Shown piece by piece: positions 1 to 9,963 of a DNA stretch of 64,000 bases. The stretch lies in the NCBI GenBank assembly GCA_041750285.1, contig JBGSZS010000018.1, positions 32,001 to 96,000 on the forward strand, written 5' to 3'. Within the stretch, counting starts at the first letter, position 1. Each line of letters begins with the position of its first letter. Both the position numbers and the translations under genes were made by a program. This stretch comes from Candidatus Fermentibacteraceae bacterium (GTDB lineage Bacteria > Fermentibacterota > Fermentibacteria > Fermentibacterales > JCC-6). The notes below the pieces were generated by a model. That model saw only the letters and a list, made by a program, of their open reading frames with translations, did no database searches and had not been told where the DNA came from.

Positions 1-2071
1 TCACGGTGTCGAGAAGCTTGTTACGAATGCGTATCCGGTGATTCCTGCCGTCGATGATGTCCTTCTTCCTCTCAAGGTTCTGGATGACGGCCAGAAGCTC
101 CACAAGTTCAAAGGACCTTTCCATCTCCGCTTCGGCTGCAGTAGCCAGAACGACCTGATCACGGACTTCGCCAAGGGTCGACGCAAGCTGCCCGGCAAGC
201 CGGATCTCCTCTGAAAGGTCGGAATCCGATACGGGAATGTCGCCGTCGGGGATCTCGAAACGCTTGAGCTGATGACCTATGTCGCGGTACTCCTGAAGAC
301 GGGAGTCGCGTTCCTTCAGGGAGGCGAAATCCCCCCTTTCGAGCCGGTTTCTTCTGAATATCCCGTCGTACTCGGCCTCGGCTTCGCGCAATCTGCCGGA
401 AACGCTACGGGCTTCGACAAGCAGGCCCGCAAGGGTTTCGGATTCCTGAACGAACACACGCACCCGCTCTTCAAGCGTATCCACAAGACTGACAGCGCTC
501 TCAAGGGAATCAGGAACGACCGGCACGTAGGCGGAAAGCAGGACGCCGAGCTTGTGAAGAACTTCACCGGCGCTGGAAACTGAGCTCTCAAGCTGACCCT
601 TGAACCCGTCCAGTTCTTCGAAACGCTTCATGCGGCCAGCCACAAGCTCAACGCCCAGGGCTGAGCTGACACCCATCCTCTCCCTTGTTTCCCGAAAGAT
701 CTGATCAGCGGGGCCGATATCCAGATCGATCTGGGCCAGTTCCGCCGCCAGACCGTTGCGCGTGGCCATGTCCGCCCGGGCATCCTCGAGATGCCTGATA
801 ATCCCCAGAACGTCATGGACCGTCCAGGATGCAGGCTGTCTGAGCTTCAGCGACGAGTACTCTCCCTGAAAGCGCTGAGCCCTCAACACAGGCATCAGAA
901 GGGACGCGGCGAGGATCATGATCGCAACCGCAGCAGGCAGATGGTTGCCGCCGGGGATCAGAAGAGCCAGAAGGACGAGGATTCCCGCCGGGATAACGTA
1001 GTCCCTGTGTTCCTTCAGGGAGAGCCAGCGTGCAAGGAGGCTTCTCCCCCTGTTGAGGGTTTCCTCCTGAAGGCCCGAAAGCCTGCCGTCGAACTCAGAG
1101 AGGCGTGCTGCAAGTTCCTTTCTTCTTTCACCCAGCCGTTCATAGTTGAGCCCGGAGGCCAGAACTGCATCGAGATCGAAGATGCTAACGCTGGTGGGGA
1201 CCCCTTCGAGAATGCTGGACAGCTCTCCGATCCTTTCCTCGAGATAGGTTTTCCTGCGGGTGAACGACTTGAGGCTTTCAAGCGTGTTTCGTATCTCGCC
1301 AAGGGTATCGGGCACCGAATCGAGGCCGCATGCGGAGAGCTTCCTGCGGCAGGCCCCTGCCAGACCGTCAATCTCAACGGCCTTCCCCTTCAGGGTGATG
1401 ATCTCCTCCCGCAGCCTGGTGGCATTCCCAAGATCCGTGGGGAGTGCGCTCTCCATCCCGCTCATTGACGCGAACTGCAGCAGGAGTTCCCGCCTTTCCC
1501 GCTCCCTTTTCAGCAGGACAAGCCTTTCCTCGGCCCTGAGTGCAGCGGCCTGCTTCTCCCGGAGTTCCGGCAGGGTCACGACGAGCCCGTGCTTTGCCTC
1601 CATATCCCTGACCCTGTCGTTGTACTGGTTCCGGTGTCTCTCAAGATCGTTTTCCAGTGCTCTCGATGAATCCTCGCGCATGTAGAGGGAGTTCACCGAC
1701 ACCTGCCCCGTGATGGCCTGCTTGACCCTGTCCGCAAAAGTGGCCGTGCCCTGGTCAAAAAGGTCATCTGCGGTGATGGTGAAACAATCGGCATGGCTGT
1801 CCGGTGGAAGCTTCAGCAGGGACTGCCCGCTGGAGTAGCTCTGGTTGATCTCGAGAGGGATGTTGTCGAAGGTCTGCGCGGATACCACCCGCAGGGCCGT
1901 CCTGTCGGCAGTTGAGGGCCAGAGGAGCCAGCGGACGGCACGGGCGAAAGTGGTCTTGCCTGTGCCGTTGGCTCCAATGATCACATTCATGCCCGGTGAA
2001 AGGTCTGAAAGAACGGGCCCTCCCCGGGGAAAACCGGGCATGGCGACGATGCGAAGGCTTCTAATCCTCAA
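1..2071 (-). CDS. YhaN/SbcC-like AAA ATPase with long coiled coil, 3' end truncated by window edge
   Basis: Not in ORF track. TTG start at 2071 reads MRIRSLRIVAMPGFPRGGPVLSDLSPGMNVIIGANGTGKTT (Walker A); overlaps the stop of the upstream nuclease. Confidence 0.85.
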   Translation of the reverse strand, partial: MRIRSLRIVAMPGFPRGGPVLSDLSPGMNVIIGANGTGKTTFARAVRWLLWPSTADRTALRVVSAQTFDNIPLEINQSYSSGQSLLKLPPDSHADCFTITADDLFDQGTATFADRVKQAITGQVSVNSLYMREDSSRALENDLERHRNQYNDRVRDMEAKHGLVVTLPELREKQAAALRAEERLVLLKRERERRELLLQFASMSGMESALPTDLGNATRLREEIITLKGKAVEIDGLAGACRRKLSACGLDSVPDTLGEIRNTLESLKSFTRRKTYLEERIGELSSILEGVPTSVSIFDLDAVLASGLNYERLGERRKELAARLSEFDGRLSGLQEETLNRGRSLLARWLSLKEHRDYVIPAGILVLLALLIPGGNHLPAAVAIMILAASLLMPVLRAQRFQGEYSSLKLRQPASWTVHDVLGIIRHLEDARADMATRNGLAAELAQIDLDIGPADQIFRETRERMGVSSALGVELVAGRMKRFEELDGFKGQLESSVSSAGEVLHKLGVLLSAYVPVVPDSLESAVSLVDTLEERVRVFVQESETLAGLLVEARSVSGRLREAEAEYDGIFRRNRLERGDFASLKERDSRLQEYRDIGHQLKRFEIPDGDIPVSDSDLSEEIRLAGQLASTLGEVRDQVVLATAAEAEMERSFELVELLAVIQNLERKKDIIDGRNHRIRIRNKLLDTV

Positions 2072-3137
2072 CGCCGCGCTCCTGTTCAAGAAGCTCTTCG
2101 AGCAGTTCAAGGCCCACCGAGTACTCAACGCTTCCCGGTTCCATGAGGGTGATCTCACGCGCCAGAAGCGAGCTCATCCTTCTGCCCCGGGCAAGCTCAT
2201 TGATGTCCAGCCATGGCTTGGTGTCGTTGATCGCCTGGTGAATGAAGTAGCCGGAGTAGCATGAATTGTCGAGAGTTGCGGCGGCCTTGCCGAAATCCCT
2301 TCTTCTTCTGGTGCGGCCTCTGAACAGCACCCTGAACCCGGTCAGCACCGAACCGACCTCGGAGTCGAGCATTCGCTCGACAAGAGAGGCGATGCTTTCG
2401 TCGGGCTCGACAAGGTCGGCCTCGGTAATCGTGACCATTTTCCACTCAAGGACCGGGATCGGTATTCGCCTCATCGTCATGCCGTCGGTATCGAGCATCA
2501 CAACGCTTCGTGGTCCGGTTTCGCCCGAATTGAGCCCCACCGGAGAACCCGGGTAGAAAACCCTGCCGGATTCCATCGGAACGTGCATGTGCCCCAGAAC
2601 CCACCTGTCCACGGGACAGGCTTCGAGTTCCCCAAGCGCCACCGGCGCATATGGGCTGTCACCGCCGGAAAGGTCGCAGTGAAGGAGGCCCACGGTCCTT
2701 CCGTCCGAACTTCCGGGAAAACCGTCCATGGGTGTTTCGCGGTAGTGCCTGCCGGGAAATGACCATCCCGCAATGGTTATCTCCCCAAGCCTGTGGGTTT
2801 CCCATCGGCCGGCCAGCCCCAGTGGCACCACCCCGGGAAAACCCATGGCTGCTTCGGGAAGCAGGTTCCAGTCATGATTCCCGGCGGTGAGCACCACCGG
2901 GATGCCAGCGGCCTGCAACCGTCTGAGGCCGTGCCTGAACGTGGCCATGCCCTCGGCGTAACTTTTCGCGGAATCTATTGCATCACCGGCGATGAGAAGA
3001 GCGTCGACCCTCTCGTCGATCGCGGTGTCGCAAATCAGCCTCCAGGCCCTGGCCGGTCCGTGGGCTTCCTGGGACACGCTTTCGGGAAGGGGTATGCTCC
3101 TCCCCAGGTGCAGGTCAGCCGTGCAAAGCAGTTTCAC
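2061..3137 (-). CDS. SbcD/Mre11-like (YhaO) metallophosphoesterase DNA repair exonuclease
   Basis: ADLHLG, AGD, GNHD, LGHMH and YPGSP motifs. Confidence 0.9.
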   Translation of the reverse strand: MKLLCTADLHLGRSIPLPESVSQEAHGPARAWRLICDTAIDERVDALLIAGDAIDSAKSYAEGMATFRHGLRRLQAAGIPVVLTAGNHDWNLLPEAAMGFPGVVPLGLAGRWETHRLGEITIAGWSFPGRHYRETPMDGFPGSSDGRTVGLLHCDLSGGDSPYAPVALGELEACPVDRWVLGHMHVPMESGRVFYPGSPVGLNSGETGPRSVVMLDTDGMTMRRIPIPVLEWKMVTITEADLVEPDESIASLVERMLDSEVGSVLTGFRVLFRGRTRRRRDFGKAAATLDNSCYSGYFIHQAINDTKPWLDINELARGRRMSSLLAREITLMEPGSVEYSVGLELLEELLEQERGVED

Positions 3138-3189
3138 GCAGGCTTCCTTCCCGTGGTTCCAGCATGAATAAACCGGCAGCGCCTCCGGG

Positions 3190-4101
3190 TCAATGTCGCC
3201 CCGGCTCGCCCGCCGGCCCCCCGGCTGCCAGGATCGTTCCCAGAAGCATGAGCAGACAGCCCGAGAGTTCCACCGCAGAAAGGCTTTCCTTCAGGATGAG
3301 CCATCCGCCGAGCGCTGCGAAGACAGCCTCAAGCGCCATCAGAGCTCCGGCCTCGGATGGTCTCACACGTTTCTGGGCGAACACCTGAAGGGTGAAGGCC
3401 AGCCCAACAGAAAGAAAGCCACTGTAAGCCAGCGGAATGACGGCCCCCTTAACACCCCGGAACGGCTCACCGACAAGGGCGGCGATCAGAAGGCTTACCA
3501 GCCCGCATACTGCGAACTGGCAAAGGGCAAGCCCCCCGGGATCAAGCTTTATGGCCAGCCCTCCGATCAGCCTGACATGAAAGGCCCATGCAAAGGCACC
3601 CAGAAGTACAAGAACATCTCCAGGGTTGGCCGAATGGAACCCTTCCCTGAAACTGAGAAGGAAAAGCCCCGCAAGGGCCAGGGCAAAACCCACCCATGCA
3701 GCCGTGGATTCACGTTCGCCGGAAAACGCTCCCAGAAGGGGAACGAAAACGATGTAAAGGCCGGTGATGAACCCTGCCCTGGATGCCGTCGTGTGGACCA
3801 TCCCCCACTGCTGGAGGGACGCCCCGGCGAAAAGAACGGTTCCCGCAGCGATAGCGGGAAGGATCATGGCCCTGGTCACCCGTGAACCGAAAATGGGAAC
3901 CAGGACCAGCGCGCCAAGAAGGAACCTGATGCCGTTGAAGAGAAGGGGACCCATGTGTTCCATGCCGGCCCTCTGGGCTGTGAACGCCATTCCCCACACC
4001 GCTGCCGTCAGGAGCAGCAGAAGCCTTGCTCTGCCCTGGCCGCCGCCGGGCCGGATGGTAATCAAGCCGTCACTCCTCCACCAGTGGTCGGGTGTGAACA
4101 T
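3190..4101 (-). CDS. EamA/DMT family transporter (start uncertain)
   Basis: About 10 TM segments, WG..F start motif, LEAVFA near C-terminus. Confidence 0.88.
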   Translation of the reverse strand: MFTPDHWWRSDGLITIRPGGGQGRARLLLLLTAAVWGMAFTAQRAGMEHMGPLLFNGIRFLLGALVLVPIFGSRVTRAMILPAIAAGTVLFAGASLQQWGMVHTTASRAGFITGLYIVFVPLLGAFSGERESTAAWVGFALALAGLFLLSFREGFHSANPGDVLVLLGAFAWAFHVRLIGGLAIKLDPGGLALCQFAVCGLVSLLIAALVGEPFRGVKGAVIPLAYSGFLSVGLAFTLQVFAQKRVRPSEAGALMALEAVFAALGGWLILKESLSAVELSGCLLMLLGTILAAGGPAGEPGRH

Positions 4102-4184
4102 ATTCCCGCCGGTGACACTGCGAACCGGACATCCCGAAAAGCACAGGGACGCCCGGAACAAGACTCAACCGGAGGCGCGCTGCA

Positions 4185-6869
4185 ATGAACGTTCACGGAC
4201 TCGACAGCATACTAAAACCCACCAGAATTGCCATAACCGGCGTGACCATAAATCCGAACAGCGTGGGGGGAAGGGTTCTGCGGAACCTTGTGGGCGGCGC
4301 CTTCAGGGGGGTGGTCTACCCCGTCAATCCGGGGAGCGAGGCTGTCATGGGGGTTCCGTGCTACCCCGCAATCGGGGACCTTCCCAGAACACCGGACCTT
4401 GTCACGGTCTGTTCCCCGGCGGCGGAAGTGGAGGGCATCCTATCGGAATGCGCCGAGGCTGGTGTTAAGGGTGTCATAATAATGTCGGCCGGGTTCGGGG
4501 AAGCGGGACCCGAGGGCGCACGCATGCAGCGCAAGCTCGCGGAGATCCGCGGAAGCAACCCGGGCATGAGGATATTGGGCCCCAACTGTCTGGGAGTGAT
4601 CGTTCCCGCAATGAACCTGAACGCCAGTTTCGCCCCGTCCATGCCCGGCAACGGCAGTATTGCCTTCATAAGCCAGTCCGGCGCCCTCTGCACTTCCGTT
4701 CTGGACTGGGCGAGACAGGAGAAGATCGGGTTCTCGGCCTTCGTTTCAGTCGGAAACGCCCTGGACGTGGATTTTTCGGATCTCATAGACTATTTCGGTG
4801 AGGACGAGTCGACCGAGTCCATCATCCTGTACGTTGAATCGGTGGCCGGAGCCAGGCGTTTCATGACGGCGGCCAGGGCATTCGCCAGGGCAAAGCCCAT
4901 CATAGTCTACAAGGCCGGGAGGTTCCCCCGGTCGGCAGCGGTTGCCGCATCCCATACGGGCGCAATGGTCTCGGAAGATGCCGTGTACGATGCGGCGTTC
5001 TCGCGGGCGGGAATGGCCAGGGTGCTGAACGTCGGCGGTATCTTCGGCTGTGCCGAGTTGATAGGACGCAAGAAGGTTCCAAAGGGGCCAAGGCTGGGAA
5101 TAGTCTCAAACGCAGGCGGTCCCGGGGTGATGGCCGTCGATGCGCTGATGGCCGGAAACGGAACACTGGCAGAGTTGTCCGAGGAGAGCATCTGCGCTCT
5201 GAACGAATGCCTGCCCGGCTTCTGGTCCGGCGCCAATCCGGTCGACATTCTTGGTGACGCAGGTACAAAAAGGTACGAGAAAGCCTCCACCATAGTTCTC
5301 TCCGACAAGGGTGTCGATGCGCTTCTGGTGATACTTACCCCGCAGGCCATGACGAAGCCCGACGGTGTAGCCAGGAGCATCGGCAAGCTGGCCGAAACCG
5401 CAAGAAAGCCGATCCTGACGGCATGGATGGGTGGCGAGTCGGTCATGGAGGGCACCAGGATCCTTGCGGAACGCGGAATTCCGGTGTACTCCACGCCGGA
5501 GCAGGCCGTCGAAGCCTTCATGACACTGGTGAGTTACTCCCGAAACCTCGAGTCGCTTCACCAGACCCCGCGTGACATCAGGCTCGAACTCACGGCTTCC
5601 CGAGAACGGGCCAAGGAGTTCATCGATCAGAAAGGCATGGCCGCCAGGACCATACTCTCCGAGCCCGACTCGAAGCACCTGCTTTCCCTCTATGGCATAC
5701 AGGTCACTGCACCCGTCCCCGCATCGACTCCCGACTCCGCCGTTGCGACCGCCGAAACCGTGGGCTACCCTGTCGTGCTCAAACTGGATTCTCCTGACAT
5801 CACCCACAAGACCGAAGCCGGTGGAGTGGAGTTGAACCTGAAGGACGGGGCGCAGGTTCGGTCAGCCTTCGCAAGGATCGTCGAGAAGGCATCCAGGTGG
5901 CAACCCGGCGCAGTTGTCAGGGGTGTAACCGTTCAGAGAATGGCCCAAACCTCATCCGGCATCGAAATGATCCTGGGTTTCAAGCGGGATCCGGTGTTCG
6001 GTTCGGTCATCATGCTGGGCGCAGGCGGAGTGAACGCGGAGATCCTGGGAGACAGCACCCTCGGGTTCCCCCCCCTGAACGAGACCCTCGTGATGAGGAT
6101 GATGGAGAAGCTGAGGATACTGCCTCTTCTCAAGGGCTACAGGGGCAAACCCGGGGTGGACATGAACGCCCTCGTGACAACCGTCATGAGGTTGTCATAC
6201 CTTGCAAGCGACATTCCCGCCGTCACGGAACTCGACATAAACCCACTTCTGGCGACGGCCGAGGGCGCGGTTGCACTGGATGCACGGGCAGTCGTGGATC
6301 CCGGGGGCGTACCGGACAAGCCCTTTGGACACCTTGCCCTCAGGCCCTACCCCGTAGAGTTCGTGGAAAAGGCGGAGCTGAAGGACGGAACCGGGATACT
6401 GCTTCGGCCTATCAGACCCGAAGATGAACCCATGTGGCTCGAGCTTCTGGGGAGCTGCTCACGGGAGTCCATCTACTCACGATTCCGGTTCTTCTACAAC
6501 TGGGCCAGCCATGAAGCCGCAGTGCGTCACTGCTACATCGACTACGACAGGGAGCTGGCGATAGTGGCGGAGATCGAAGCAGAAGGCAAGAGAAAGCTTC
6601 TGGGCGTGGGCCGCCTGGTGGCGGACCCCGGGCTCGGAAGCGCCGAATACGCAGTGCTTGTGGGCGACCCCTGGCAGAACCGTGGACTCGGGGGCATCCT
6701 CACCGACTTCTGCGAACGGATCGCCAGGGAGTGGGGCGCAAAACGGATCGAAGCGCAGACCACGTCGTCCAACAGCAGGATGGTCAGTCTGTTCGTCAAC
6801 AGGTCGTGGTGCCAGGAACCGGGAGAAGAGGGGCTTGTCGAGTTGTGGAAGCAGTTCTCCGACGACTGA
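4185..6869 (+). CDS. ADP-forming acyl-CoA synthetase (alpha+beta) fused to C-terminal GNAT (Pat/Pka-like)
   Basis: GPNCLG, SQSGA, SHTGA, NPVD, ATP-grasp HKTEAGGV and ELDINPL, C-terminal GNAT WQNRGLG. Confidence 0.92.
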   Translation: MNVHGLDSILKPTRIAITGVTINPNSVGGRVLRNLVGGAFRGVVYPVNPGSEAVMGVPCYPAIGDLPRTPDLVTVCSPAAEVEGILSECAEAGVKGVIIMSAGFGEAGPEGARMQRKLAEIRGSNPGMRILGPNCLGVIVPAMNLNASFAPSMPGNGSIAFISQSGALCTSVLDWARQEKIGFSAFVSVGNALDVDFSDLIDYFGEDESTESIILYVESVAGARRFMTAARAFARAKPIIVYKAGRFPRSAAVAASHTGAMVSEDAVYDAAFSRAGMARVLNVGGIFGCAELIGRKKVPKGPRLGIVSNAGGPGVMAVDALMAGNGTLAELSEESICALNECLPGFWSGANPVDILGDAGTKRYEKASTIVLSDKGVDALLVILTPQAMTKPDGVARSIGKLAETARKPILTAWMGGESVMEGTRILAERGIPVYSTPEQAVEAFMTLVSYSRNLESLHQTPRDIRLELTASRERAKEFIDQKGMAARTILSEPDSKHLLSLYGIQVTAPVPASTPDSAVATAETVGYPVVLKLDSPDITHKTEAGGVELNLKDGAQVRSAFARIVEKASRWQPGAVVRGVTVQRMAQTSSGIEMILGFKRDPVFGSVIMLGAGGVNAEILGDSTLGFPPLNETLVMRMMEKLRILPLLKGYRGKPGVDMNALVTTVMRLSYLASDIPAVTELDINPLLATAEGAVALDARAVVDPGGVPDKPFGHLALRPYPVEFVEKAELKDGTGILLRPIRPEDEPMWLELLGSCSRESIYSRFRFFYNWASHEAAVRHCYIDYDRELAIVAEIEAEGKRKLLGVGRLVADPGLGSAEYAVLVGDPWQNRGLGGILTDFCERIAREWGAKRIEAQTTSSNSRMVSLFVNRSWCQEPGEEGLVELWKQFSDD

Positions 6870-6885
6870 CCGGAAACTGAAGGCG

Positions 6886-7377
6886 TCAGCCTCCGCATCT
6901 CCCCACGTCTCCCGCGAGGACCTCGAGGGCATGCGGGAGCAGTGGGATGAGAAAATCCAGGCACTCACGAACAGCTTTGACGCTTCCCGGAAGGTTGACC
7001 ACCAGTGATCCGTTCCTTATGCCCGAACAGCCGCGGCCAAGCCATGCGGATCCCACTTTCTCCGCCGATCTGGCCCGAAGCATCTCGGATACTCCCGGGA
7101 CAAGCCTTTCGCAGACCTGAATTGTCGCCTCTGGTGTAAAATCCCTCGGGGAAAGGCCCGTCCCGCCTGTTGTGAGCACCAGGGACGCCCCGCCGCACAG
7201 CTTGCAGAGGGCCGAAGCCACCGGCTCAATGCCGTCCGGAACCACCATGCTCTCAACGAGCGTGTAGCCGGCCCCTGTCATGACGCCGATGATGCCGGGC
7301 CCGCTGCCGTCTTCCCTGAGACCGGCGGCGCAGGAGTCGCTTACCGTGAGCACTGAAAACGTCTTCAGCGGTCGCAT
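6886..7377 (-). CDS. mog: MogA/MoaB molybdopterin adenylyltransferase
   Basis: LTVSD, TTGGTG, RDFTPEAT, NLPGS; start reassigned to ATG 7377. Confidence 0.88.
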   Translation of the reverse strand: MRPLKTFSVLTVSDSCAAGLREDGSGPGIIGVMTGAGYTLVESMVVPDGIEPVASALCKLCGGASLVLTTGGTGLSPRDFTPEATIQVCERLVPGVSEMLRARSAEKVGSAWLGRGCSGIRNGSLVVNLPGSVKAVRECLDFLIPLLPHALEVLAGDVGRCGG

Positions 7378-7838
7378 TTCCAGTCTCCGCTCTTCCCTCC
7401 GGTCTTTTCGACGAGGTGTATCCCGCTTATGGCCATTCCCTTGTCGACCGCCTTGAGCATGTCGTAAACAGTCAGCAGAGCAATTGCTGCCCCGGTCAAG
7501 GCCTCCATTTCGAATCCCGTCCTTGCCTCGCCCTTCACGGTGCAGGTGCATCTGAGGGTTGAGTTTGAAAGATCGAAAGCCACGTCGACCTTCTCGAGCG
7601 CAATGGGGTGGCACAGGGGGATGAGTTCCCATGTCCTCTTTGCCGCCTGGATGCCAGCCAGAGCTGCGGTGGTCTCGACCGGACCCTTCCCGCAGGTACC
7701 CAGAGCCGCAAGGCCCCTCTCCCCAAGCTCGATCTCTCCTGCTGCCGTGGCGGTCCTGAGCGCGGGTTCCTTTCGGGACACATCCACCATCATTGGTTTT
7801 CCGTCCCCGTCGAAATGAAGATTTTCTACCACTGTCAC
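7365..7838 (-). CDS. moaC: cyclic pyranopterin monophosphate synthase
   Basis: MVDVS, LIPLCHP, EMEALT, YDMLKAVDK, KTGGKSG; GTG start overlapping moaA stop. Confidence 0.93.
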   Translation of the reverse strand: MTVVENLHFDGDGKPMMVDVSRKEPALRTATAAGEIELGERGLAALGTCGKGPVETTAALAGIQAAKRTWELIPLCHPIALEKVDVAFDLSNSTLRCTCTVKGEARTGFEMEALTGAAIALLTVYDMLKAVDKGMAISGIHLVEKTGGKSGDWKCDR

Positions 7839-8758
7839 CCTCCGATCCGCCACATGGGCAGGGAATGGCAGTTCCCGCGCTCGGGCTTGGCGGCCACGGC
7901 ATCGAGAACAACACTGCAAAGTTCGGTATCCGGGGCTCCGGACATGGCCAGCGGTTTCAGGTCAACGGCTCCGACCCCCGACAGGCAGGGCATGAAAACC
8001 CCCTGAGCCGTCAGCCTGACCCTTCCGCAGGTGGGGCAGAGGTGCCCGGATACGGGCGCAATAATCCCGAACCGCAGCCCGTCAGGCCTGAGCCAGGTCT
8101 CCTCAGTGCCCTCCCTTCCAACTGGTTCTCCTCCCCCCGCAAGTTCTGCTATCTCGTCACGAAGGATCATTCCCCCATCTTCATCCCCGTCGGGCATGTG
8201 TTCGATGAACCTCACGTGAACGCCCATACGCGAGCCCCACTCGACGAGATCGCCGAACTCGCAGTCGTTGATCCCCCTGAGGGCAACGCAGTTGATCTTG
8301 ACCGGGGAGAGCCCCGCCTCGATCGCACACCTGACGGCGGCTTCGATCGCACCGAGGGTCACCTCCCTTCGTGCGATTCGCGTCAGCACCGAATCCCTGG
8401 TGCTGTCGAGGCTTATGTTGACCCTTGAAAGCCCGGCGGCGGCCAGCTCACGGGCATGCTCGCAAAGCAGCAGCCCGTTCGTGGTCATAGCAATGTCGGG
8501 AACATCGGGCAGCAGCGGCAGCAGGTTGACAAGACCCTTTCTCACAAGGGGTTCGCCGCCGGTTATCCTTATCCTCTCGAGGTTCAGGGCCATGTGTATC
8601 ACGCATGTCAGCCGCGCCAGCTCCTCGAGGGAGAGCAGGTTGTCGTGTGAGAGGACGGGCACTCCCTGTGCGGGCATGCAGTAGAAGCATCTAAGATTGC
8701 ACCTGTCGGTGACGGAGAGCCTCAGGTGATGCGGCGCACCCCTTGCGGTAACGCTCAT
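7835..8758 (-). CDS. moaA: GTP 3',8-cyclase (radical SAM)
   Basis: CNLRCFYC, TGGEPL, second cluster CPTC...C, C-terminal IGG; ATGA overlap with moeA. Confidence 0.95.
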   Translation of the reverse strand: MSVTARGAPHHLRLSVTDRCNLRCFYCMPAQGVPVLSHDNLLSLEELARLTCVIHMALNLERIRITGGEPLVRKGLVNLLPLLPDVPDIAMTTNGLLLCEHARELAAAGLSRVNISLDSTRDSVLTRIARREVTLGAIEAAVRCAIEAGLSPVKINCVALRGINDCEFGDLVEWGSRMGVHVRFIEHMPDGDEDGGMILRDEIAELAGGGEPVGREGTEETWLRPDGLRFGIIAPVSGHLCPTCGRVRLTAQGVFMPCLSGVGAVDLKPLAMSGAPDTELCSVVLDAVAAKPERGNCHSLPMWRIGG

Positions 8759-9963
8759 GACCAGGCTGCCTCGCCCCCGGAACCGCAAAGGTATGAGAAT
8801 TGTACGGTCTCACCCCGGGCCGCGCCCAGGGACGGGGCAGGAAGCAAAACGAGGCAGTCGGCCCCCGCCGCGCTCACAAGGTCTCCCGATCCGTGTGTTT
8901 CGGGAACACTGAGGTCGAACATCCCGTCCGACACAACGGCATTCCCCCTGAAAAATCCCACCCTGCCCGGCTTCTTGCGAAGATCATGAGTCAGACGCCC
9001 CTGCATCCTCGTTTTTCTGAAGCGGGTGAAGCCGGATGTTTTTCTGAGAAAGGGGATGACGAACTCCTCGATGGTCACAAGAACGCTGACGGGATTGCCG
9101 GGAAGGCCGAAGAAGACCTGCCCGCCCCTCACCGCGAAACAGAAAGGCTTGCCGGGTTTCTGGGCGACCTCGTGAAAGAGGAACCGGAAGCCCATCTCTT
9201 CGAGCACCATGGGCACGAAATCGTGAGTGCCCAGGGAAACCCCTCCCGCCATCAGAAGGATGTCCGCCCGGGCAAGGGCTTCAGTGGCTGCTTCCCTGAT
9301 GGCCGACGGTGAATCCTGACAGTGACCGGTTTCCGCTCTGCCAAAACCCGCTGCAGAGAGGGCGGACACTCCCAGAATGCCATTGGCGTTCCTGATCTCG
9401 CCGGGGCTGGGCACCTGGTCCGGCCCGACCACCTCGGAACCTGTGGTGAGAAGGACGCACCCGGGCCTGGCGGCAACCCTGAGACAGGTTCTGCCGGCCA
9501 TTGCGGCCACGCCAAGAGCCGACGGTGTGAGCAGCGATCCGTACGGAAGCACCTCGGTTCCGGCCTCCATGTCCTCCCCGCGGTGGCAGATGTTCTCGCC
9601 CGGAAGCACATCCCTTCCCACAAAAAGCCTGCCTTCCCGGGTTTCGGTGTGCTCCAGCATGACGATGCGGTCGGAACCGGCAGGAAGCTGTGCTCCCGTC
9701 ATGATGGGTGCTGCATGTCCAGGCTCGAGGGACGGAGGGGTTCCGGGTGATGCCGTTATCTCCCCGGTCAGAACAAACCCGTTTCCCCCGCCCGGCAGAG
9801 CAAAGCCGTCTACTGCGCTGCGAGTGAAGGGGGGCATGGGAATGTCGGTGCTTACACCCTCGAGAAGGATCCTGCCGAGCGCCGCGGAAAGCTCGACGCG
9901 TTCCTCCCGGACGGGCAGCGAACATTCGAGTACGGCATCGAGTGCGTCTTCAAAAGAGATCAC
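8755..9963 (-). CDS. moeA: molybdopterin molybdotransferase
   Basis: PPFTRSAVDGFA, IMTGA, GGVSLG, KPGKP, GLPGNPVS. Confidence 0.95.
   Translation of the reverse strand: MISFEDALDAVLECSLPVREERVELSAALGRILLEGVSTDIPMPPFTRSAVDGFALPGGGNGFVLTGEITASPGTPPSLEPGHAAPIMTGAQLPAGSDRIVMLEHTETREGRLFVGRDVLPGENICHRGEDMEAGTEVLPYGSLLTPSALGVAAMAGRTCLRVAARPGCVLLTTGSEVVGPDQVPSPGEIRNANGILGVSALSAAGFGRAETGHCQDSPSAIREAATEALARADILLMAGGVSLGTHDFVPMVLEEMGFRFLFHEVAQKPGKPFCFAVRGGQVFFGLPGNPVSVLVTIEEFVIPFLRKTSGFTRFRKTRMQGRLTHDLRKKPGRVGFFRGNAVVSDGMFDLSVPETHGSGDLVSAAGADCLVLLPAPSLGAARGETVQFSYLCGSGGEAAWS

Noticed and set aside
272..2264. Several plus-strand ORFs at the window start
   Set aside because: Antisense shadows of the truncated minus-strand AAA ATPase and the nuclease
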